A stretch of 64,000 bases of DNA from contig CAMARW010000001.1 in the NCBI GenBank assembly GCA_945860865.1, positions 336,294-400,293 on the forward strand, read 5' to 3'. The position numbers and the translations under genes are program-made. Source of the stretch: Chitinophaga pinensis. Its GTDB lineage: Bacteria; Bacteroidota; Bacteroidia; UKL13-3. Below are positions 58,344 to 64,000 of the stretch, in pieces. Numbering within the stretch: position 1 is the stretch's first letter; the number at the start of each line of letters is the position of its first letter. Under the pieces are notes generated by a model. The model worked only from the letters and a program-made list of their open reading frames with translations. It was not told where the DNA came from and did not search any database.

Positions 58344-58781
58344 TTATCCTTCACAACTCATCCTCAACTTCCCTTTCGGGTAATTGATAATGGCTTTAAA
58401 TTGGTAGAGTAAATCGCTTCCCAACACACCATCTATTTTGGGGAAACCTAAACTTTGGTATGCTTGGTTAACATGACTTAAATCTAAAACAGCAATTTCG
58501 TGATGGGCTAATGCTATTTTGCCCAGTTTAAACTTTGCTAGGCTACTTAAATGTGTTTCTACTTGGTTTGATCCCAATCCGATAGAGTTCATGTCCTGTT
58601 TTATTACGTCGCTTTGTGCAACAAATTTAAGCACTTCCTGCTCATCGAATGCCGTTTTGGATGCGCCAGTATCTAATAGTAAACGTGCTTTTTTGCGACC
58701 AATCTTAGCATAAATAAACAAATGGTAATTGCCCAGTTCTATCTCTATAAATTCTATGGGTAAGGTTTCTTTGAAAGTCAA
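58344..58781 (-). CDS. retropepsin-like (clan AA) aspartic protease domain protein
   Basis: 'LLDTGAS' catalytic Asp-Thr-Gly motif and a second 'GVLGSDLL' motif in a 145-aa protein. Confidence 0.7.
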   Translation of the reverse strand: MTFKETLPIEFIEIELGNYHLFIYAKIGRKKARLLLDTGASKTAFDEQEVLKFVAQSDVIKQDMNSIGLGSNQVETHLSSLAKFKLGKIALAHHEIAVLDLSHVNQAYQSLGFPKIDGVLGSDLLYQFKAIINYPKGKLRMSCEG

Positions 58782-59046
58782 AATAATTGAATTTTATCTT
58801 CTCAAATATGCGAAATTTTGTTCATTTAAACTGTAAATATACTCCCACTTTTCGACACCAAGCCACATGCTTTTAATGAAAATCAGCATTTTAAGTTATT
58901 TGACTGTGCCCATTTTGCGATCCATACTTCTGCACATCCCCATTTTTTTAATTGTCGCATTTCTTTTTAAAAACCCGTCTGAACACTAAGTAAATAAGGT
59001 GTTTTAGCTAAAATGTTAAAATGTGTAAAACTCTGATTTTTCCACA

Positions 59047-59076
59047 AAAGTGGGGGAAAGTGGTGAAAAGTGGAAA
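59047..59076 (+). promoter_or_regulatory. putative MraZ operator: three direct AAAGTGG repeats at 10-bp spacing upstream of mraZ
   Basis: 'AAAAGTGGGGGAAAGTGGTGAAAAGTGGAAA', 40-70 nt upstream of the mraZ start. MraZ proteins bind direct GTGG-containing repeats in their own promoter. Confidence 0.5.
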
Positions 59077-59116
59077 TTAGTCCTTATTTTTACGCTGTAA
59101 TCGCTTAACGCTAATA

Positions 59117-59587
59117 ATGACGCAGCTTCACGGAGAATACGAATGTAAAATGGATGCCAAAGGGAGGTTAATGATACCCTCTGCTTTAAAAAAGCAGTTG
59201 CCTGAGGCGGCCAAAGATTCGTTTTTTATAAACCGTGGTTTTGAAAAGTGTTGTGTTTTATATCCAAGCAATGAGTGGAAGTTAATAGCAGCAGAAATAG
59301 ATAAGCTAAGCGATTATATTCAGAAAGAACGAACCTTTAAAAGGTATTTCTTAAGAGGCGCGAGCAAATTAGAAATGGATGCAGCTTCTAGGGTTTTAAT
59401 TCCAAAGCAATTACAAGAGTTCGCCGATTTAAAAGGTGAGCTTGTTTTATTGGCTTATGGCAATAAAGTAGAAATTTGGAATAAGGCCGAGTATGATAAA
59501 ATGTTGAGCGAAGAGCCTTCAGATTTTAGCGCTTTGGCAGAAGAAGTAATGAGCAAACGGAAAGTGGAGGATAACGATGGAAAATAA
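59117..59587 (+). CDS. mraZ: division/cell wall cluster transcriptional regulator MraZ
   Basis: Two MraZ repeats with 'DAKGRLMIPSALK' and 'MDAASRVLIPKQL'. 156 aa. Confidence 0.9.
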   Translation: MTQLHGEYECKMDAKGRLMIPSALKKQLPEAAKDSFFINRGFEKCCVLYPSNEWKLIAAEIDKLSDYIQKERTFKRYFLRGASKLEMDAASRVLIPKQLQEFADLKGELVLLAYGNKVEIWNKAEYDKMLSEEPSDFSALAEEVMSKRKVEDNDGK

Positions 59588-60494
59588 ATACCATGCTCCT
59601 GTTATGCTTGCCGAGTGTTTAGATGCGCTGCAAATAAAACCCAATGGCAGGTATGTAGATGTTACTTTTGGAGGTGGCGGACATTCGCGTGCCATATTAA
59701 ATGAATTGGGGCCAAAGGGTAAGCTTATTGCTTTTGATCAAGATGAAGATGCCAAAGCCAATTTGCCTCATGATGAACGTTTGGTTTTTATAGATCAAAA
59801 TTTTGAATTTATTGGCAATCATTTAGATTATCAAAACCTTTTGCCGGTAGATGGAATTTTAGCCGATTTGGGTGTTTCTTCCCATCAATTTGATGTGGCA
59901 GATAGAGGCTTTTCGTTCCGGTTTGATGAGGCTGATTTAGATATGCGCATGTTGGCGGTAGATAATGCCCATAATCCTAGTGCAGCACATATTTTAAATA
60001 CATATACAGAAGAACAAATTTCGGATATATTATTTCAGTACGGCGAATTACATAATGCGCGCAGTTTAGCAGCTTCTATTTGCCATTACCGCTCGGGTCA
60101 GCCCATACAAAAAGTATTGCACCTTAAAGAAGCCATACAAAAGCAAACACCCAAATTTGGTGATTATAAATTTTATGCGCAAGTGTTTCAGGCCCTGCGC
60201 ATAGCGGTTAACCGTGAAATGGAAGTGCTAAAAGCATTCTTGCAACAGGTGCCGCAAATACTTGCCCCACAAGGTAGGTTGGTAGTAATGAGCTACCATT
60301 CTTTGGAAGATAGATTGGTTAAGAATTTTATAGCAAGCGGACAATTTTCTGGTGAGCTTGATAAAGACTTTTTTGGCAATGTAAAGAAGCCTTTAACTGC
60401 TGTAAATAGAAAAGTAATGGTTGCCAACGAAGCAGAATTGGCAATAAATCCGCGTTCGAGAAGTGCTAAGTTAAGAATTGCTGAAAAGCCCTAA
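59577..60494 (+). CDS. rsmH: 16S rRNA (cytosine1402-N4)-methyltransferase
   Basis: 'HAPVMLAECLDAL...YVDVTFGGGGHS' and 'DLGVSSHQ'. The start overlaps the mraZ stop. Confidence 0.9.
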   Translation: MENKYHAPVMLAECLDALQIKPNGRYVDVTFGGGGHSRAILNELGPKGKLIAFDQDEDAKANLPHDERLVFIDQNFEFIGNHLDYQNLLPVDGILADLGVSSHQFDVADRGFSFRFDEADLDMRMLAVDNAHNPSAAHILNTYTEEQISDILFQYGELHNARSLAASICHYRSGQPIQKVLHLKEAIQKQTPKFGDYKFYAQVFQALRIAVNREMEVLKAFLQQVPQILAPQGRLVVMSYHSLEDRLVKNFIASGQFSGELDKDFFGNVKKPLTAVNRKVMVANEAELAINPRSRSAKLRIAEKP

Positions 60495-60499
60495 AAAGC

Positions 60500-60886
60500 A
60501 TGAACAGAATTATTAAAGAAGAGGAATCAACAGGCAAAGAAACGGTTGACAATGAGTCGCGTAATTTTACCGAAACGGTGAAGCGCTTTGCCGACTTCGA
60601 TTTTCGGATAAAGCCAGAGCAGGTGCTAACGCAACTACCTTTTTTGGCCTACATATTTGTGTTGATTATGTTGTTTATATATAACAGTCACCGCAGTGAA
60701 AAGATTATTCGTGAGGCCGATCGCTTGCAACAAGAAGTTAAGGATTTAAGAAGTGAATATATTAGTGAATTAAGTCTGTTAATGGGCGAAAGTAAACAGT
60801 CTACCGTAGCCAAAAAATTAGCTCCATTTGGAATAAAAGAATTAAAAACCCCACCTAGTAAAATAACCTACCGCCATGAGCAGTAA
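60500..60886 (+). CDS. FtsL-like cell division protein
   Basis: 128 aa with a single TM ('LPFLAYIFVLIMLFIY') and a coiled-coil ('LQQEVKDLRSEY'). It sits between rsmH and ftsI. Confidence 0.65.
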   Translation: MNRIIKEEESTGKETVDNESRNFTETVKRFADFDFRIKPEQVLTQLPFLAYIFVLIMLFIYNSHRSEKIIREADRLQQEVKDLRSEYISELSLLMGESKQSTVAKKLAPFGIKELKTPPSKITYRHEQ

Positions 60887-63020
60887 TAAATCAAATACAC
60901 GTAAATCAATGTTGTTCCGAACCACTGTGGTGTTTTCGGGCATGCTCGTATTTGCTGGGTTTGTGGTTTATACTTTGTTTAATATTCAGTTTGTGGAAGG
61001 AGCTAAGTGGCGTGCTTTAGCGGATAGTTTAAGTACTAAAGTTTTTGCTATTGAGGCTGTAAGGGGCAATATTTTTGATTGTAAGGGTAATCTTTTAGCT
61101 ACTTCTCTACCCATTTACGATGTACGTTTAGACGCTCAATCTCCAGCTTTTATGGATGAAGAGTTGTTCTTAAACAATATCGATTCTTTATCATTTGGTT
61201 TGTCAGAAATTTTTAAAGATAAGCCTGCGCGCTATTATAAAAATTTATTGGTTCAAACTAAAAATGCAGGCAATCGCTATTTTTTATTTAAGCGTAAAAT
61301 TAGCTACAATCAAATGCAAGCTATGCGCAAATTGCCGCTGTTTAATTTGGGTAAATATAAAGGTGGGTTAATGGTTAATGAGCGCACTAGAAGGGAAAAG
61401 CCTTTCGGTATGTTAGCCGAGCGCACCATTGGTTTTAAGCAAGAAGAAGGTGCTGTACGTGTTGGTTTAGAAGGCTATTTTGATAAACATTTGGGTGGTA
61501 AAAGTGGTAAAAGGGTTATGCAAAGAATTGCGGGTGGAACCTATATACCTATTGATGATGAATTGATGATTGATGCCCAGCAAGGAAGAGATATTGTTAC
61601 TACTATTGATATAAACTTGCAAGATGTAGCCGAGCAAGCCTTGCATGCAAACTTATTAGAAAATGATGCCGATTATGGCACTGCTATTTTAATGGAAGTT
61701 GCCACTGGAGAAATTAAAGCAATTGCCAATCTTACCCGCGAAGCAGAAGGCGTTTACCAAGAAAAATACAACTATGCAGTAGGCGAAAGTGTAGAACCTG
61801 GTTCTACCTTTAAGTTGGTTTCTGCTATGGCTTTATTAACAGATGGATACATGGCGCCAACAGATAATGTAGATACCGAGGGTGGGCAAATGCGTTTCTG
61901 TAATTTAACTATGAAAGATTCCCATTTGGGTTCTGGTGTTATAAGTTTTCAAGAGGCTTTTGAGCATTCTTCTAATGTGGCATTTGCCAAATTAATGCAA
62001 AAAAATTACAACAAAAATCCTGAAAAAATTTATGCTCATTATAAAAATTTAGGCATTACAGAAAAGTTAGATTTTCAATTGGCTGGAGTTGGTGCACCCG
62101 TGGTTAAGGGCCCAAACAACAAATCTTGGAGTTGTACTAGTTTGCCCTACATGGCTATTGGTTATGAGCTACAAATAACGCCGTTACAATTATTAACTGT
62201 TTATAATACCATTGCCAATAATGGTGTATATGTTAAGCCTATATTGGTAAAACGCATAGAACAAGCAGGCAAAATAATTCAGGAGTTCCCTTACACCGTT
62301 TTAAATGCAGCTGTTTGTTCACCAGCGGTTGCTAAGCAATTACAAAGTATGATGGAGGGTGTGGTTTTACATGGAACTGCTTCTTCTTTAAAAAGCAGTT
62401 TTTATTCGTATGCAGGTAAAACAGGAACTGCCGTAATTGCTAATAGAGGTAAGGGTTATTTAGCTGGTGGAGGTAAAAGTTATAGGGCTTCTTTCTGTGG
62501 TTACTTTCCGGCAGAAAATCCAAAATATTCATGCATGGTATTAATTAGCAGACCCCGAAAAGACAATTATTATGCCTCTAAAGTAGCCCTTCCTGTTTTT
62601 AAAGAGATTGCAGATAAAGTGTATGCTAGTGCATTAAATCTGCATAGGGAACTAAAATTTACTCAGAAAATTTTAAGCAATGATTTGCCTCATGTTGCGC
62701 TTGCAGAAAAAAATGAATTAAAACTGGTTTTAGACCATGTTAAATTATCCTCTCATTACCACAATGATTCTATTCACCAAGACGAAAGTGAGTGGGTTAG
62801 TGGTTTGGTTCAGGATAATTCTGTGGCTATGGAGCCGCAATTATTCAATCTTTATGCTATGCCAGACGTACGCGGTATGGGTGCAAAAGATGTATTGTAT
62901 TTATTAGAACAAAAGGGTTTTAGGGTAGAACTGGTAGGTGTTGGAAAAGTGAAAAAGCAATCAGTTTTGCCAGGAACTAAATTGATAAAAAAACAACTAA
63001 TTCAATTGTATTTAGGATAA
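60876..63020 (+). CDS. ftsI: peptidoglycan D,D-transpeptidase (penicillin-binding protein 2 / FtsI)
   Basis: N-terminal TM and dimerisation domain, transpeptidase 'STFK', 'SSN' and 'KTGT' motifs. Confidence 0.9.
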   Translation: MSSNKSNTRKSMLFRTTVVFSGMLVFAGFVVYTLFNIQFVEGAKWRALADSLSTKVFAIEAVRGNIFDCKGNLLATSLPIYDVRLDAQSPAFMDEELFLNNIDSLSFGLSEIFKDKPARYYKNLLVQTKNAGNRYFLFKRKISYNQMQAMRKLPLFNLGKYKGGLMVNERTRREKPFGMLAERTIGFKQEEGAVRVGLEGYFDKHLGGKSGKRVMQRIAGGTYIPIDDELMIDAQQGRDIVTTIDINLQDVAEQALHANLLENDADYGTAILMEVATGEIKAIANLTREAEGVYQEKYNYAVGESVEPGSTFKLVSAMALLTDGYMAPTDNVDTEGGQMRFCNLTMKDSHLGSGVISFQEAFEHSSNVAFAKLMQKNYNKNPEKIYAHYKNLGITEKLDFQLAGVGAPVVKGPNNKSWSCTSLPYMAIGYELQITPLQLLTVYNTIANNGVYVKPILVKRIEQAGKIIQEFPYTVLNAAVCSPAVAKQLQSMMEGVVLHGTASSLKSSFYSYAGKTGTAVIANRGKGYLAGGGKSYRASFCGYFPAENPKYSCMVLISRPRKDNYYASKVALPVFKEIADKVYASALNLHRELKFTQKILSNDLPHVALAEKNELKLVLDHVKLSSHYHNDSIHQDESEWVSGLVQDNSVAMEPQLFNLYAMPDVRGMGAKDVLYLLEQKGFRVELVGVGKVKKQSVLPGTKLIKKQLIQLYLG

Positions 63021-64000
63021 TGCAAAAAGATTTAATACATATCATTGAGGGTTTAGCCACGCAACAAATTGTGGGTAATGCGCAGCAATCTATAAGCCGC
63101 TTATCTTTCGACTCGCGACAGGCCAAGGCCGCAACATTATTTTTTGCTGTTAAAGGAACTCAGGTAGATGGACATGATTATATACCACAAGTAATTGCAG
63201 CAGGTTGCACAGTTATTGTTTGCGAAAGCTTACCTGCCATTTTAACTGAATCAATCTGTTATATCCAGGTATTGAATGTTTCTGTTTTTATGGCTCAGGT
63301 AGCCGCTCGTTTTTATGGAAACCCAAGCCAAGAGCTCAAGCTAGTGGCTGTTACAGGTACTAATGGCAAAACTACAGTTGCTACTTTGTTATTTAATTTG
63401 TTTCGTTTGTTTAAACATGATGTTGGTTTGTTATCAACGGTACAAAATCAAATAAACGAAACCGTTATTCCATCCACACATACTACCCCAGATGTAATTA
63501 CCTTAAACGCTTTGTTACGCCAAATGGTAGATAGCGGTTGCAGTTATTGCTTTATGGAAGCAAGCTCACACGCCATCCATCAAAATAGAATTGCAGGTTT
63601 GCATTTTGCAGGTATGGGCTTTACTAATATTAGTCACGATCACCTCGATTACCATCACACTTTTGATGCGTATATTAAAGCTAAAAAATTATTGTTCGAT
63701 GGTGCCAGTGACGATGCATTTGCCATTACCAATAAAGATGATAAAAACGGTTTAGTGATGTTGCAGAATACCCGAGCCACTCGTTATACCTATGGCATAA
63801 AGCAAATGGCCGATTTTAAAGCTAAAATCATTGAGAATGATTTTAATGGCATGTTGTTGCAATTAGATGGGGAAGAAGCTTGGTTTAGGTTGGTAGGCAA
63901 TTTTAATGCGTATAATATTTTACTTGTTTATAGCATTGCTTATTTATTGGGTAAAGATAAGCTAGAAATTATCCAAAACTTAAGCAGATTAGGTTCAGTA
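63020..64000 (+). CDS. murE: UDP-N-acetylmuramoyl-L-alanyl-D-glutamate--2,6-diaminopimelate ligase, 3'-truncated at the window edge
   Basis: The ATG overlaps the ftsI stop (TAATG). 'AVTGTNGKTT' ATP-binding motif. The frame is open to the window end. Confidence 0.85.
   Translation, partial: MQKDLIHIIEGLATQQIVGNAQQSISRLSFDSRQAKAATLFFAVKGTQVDGHDYIPQVIAAGCTVIVCESLPAILTESICYIQVLNVSVFMAQVAARFYGNPSQELKLVAVTGTNGKTTVATLLFNLFRLFKHDVGLLSTVQNQINETVIPSTHTTPDVITLNALLRQMVDSGCSYCFMEASSHAIHQNRIAGLHFAGMGFTNISHDHLDYHHTFDAYIKAKKLLFDGASDDAFAITNKDDKNGLVMLQNTRATRYTYGIKQMADFKAKIIENDFNGMLLQLDGEEAWFRLVGNFNAYNILLVYSIAYLLGKDKLEIIQNLSRLGSV

Overview
This window is about 64 kb of chromosomal DNA from a Bacteroidota genome. 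It looks Sphingobacteriia-like: low GC, Bacteroidetes-type -7 TAnnTTTG promoter motifs, many lipoproteins, and a TonB-dependent receptor. Most of the content is housekeeping. Read left to right it contains recQ (truncated at the 5' end), kup, guaB, cdd, ade, truA-rnc-fabF-acpP, pyk, anmK, gdh, an MscS channel, purF, lptB, tex, type II NADH dehydrogenase, an lpxL-like acyltransferase, ftcD, polA, rny, zapA, pheT, and the start of the dcw cluster (mraZ-rsmH-ftsL-ftsI-murE). I found no rRNA, CRISPR array, transposase or integrase. The less ordinary items are listed here. (1) A 1111-aa protein that is membrane-anchored and has a coiled-coil region of about 500 residues rich in Lys/Glu/Gln (8801-12136). 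(2) A family of intergenic repeat elements built from tandem heptamers plus long inverted repeats (38010-38089, 58199-58343, 35163-35205, 46786-46850), and a 61-nt x3 tandem array (46923-47164). (3) An accessory-looking block at about 30.4-38.2 kb that ends at the 3' end of a tRNA-Met(CAU) gene. It holds a RelE/ParE toxin-antitoxin pair, an ECF sigma / anti-sigma / outer-membrane-protein trio, an ArsR-DUF6428 remnant and an orphan TonB-dependent receptor. (4) Three proteins that are cytoplasmic-type folds carrying a Tat signal: a class V aminotransferase, a pirin, and a HiPIP-like lipoprotein. (5) A putative MraZ operator made of three direct AAAGTGG repeats at 10-bp spacing upstream of mraZ. 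All product assignments come from motif and family recognition by eye on the translated ORFs. No database search was possible.
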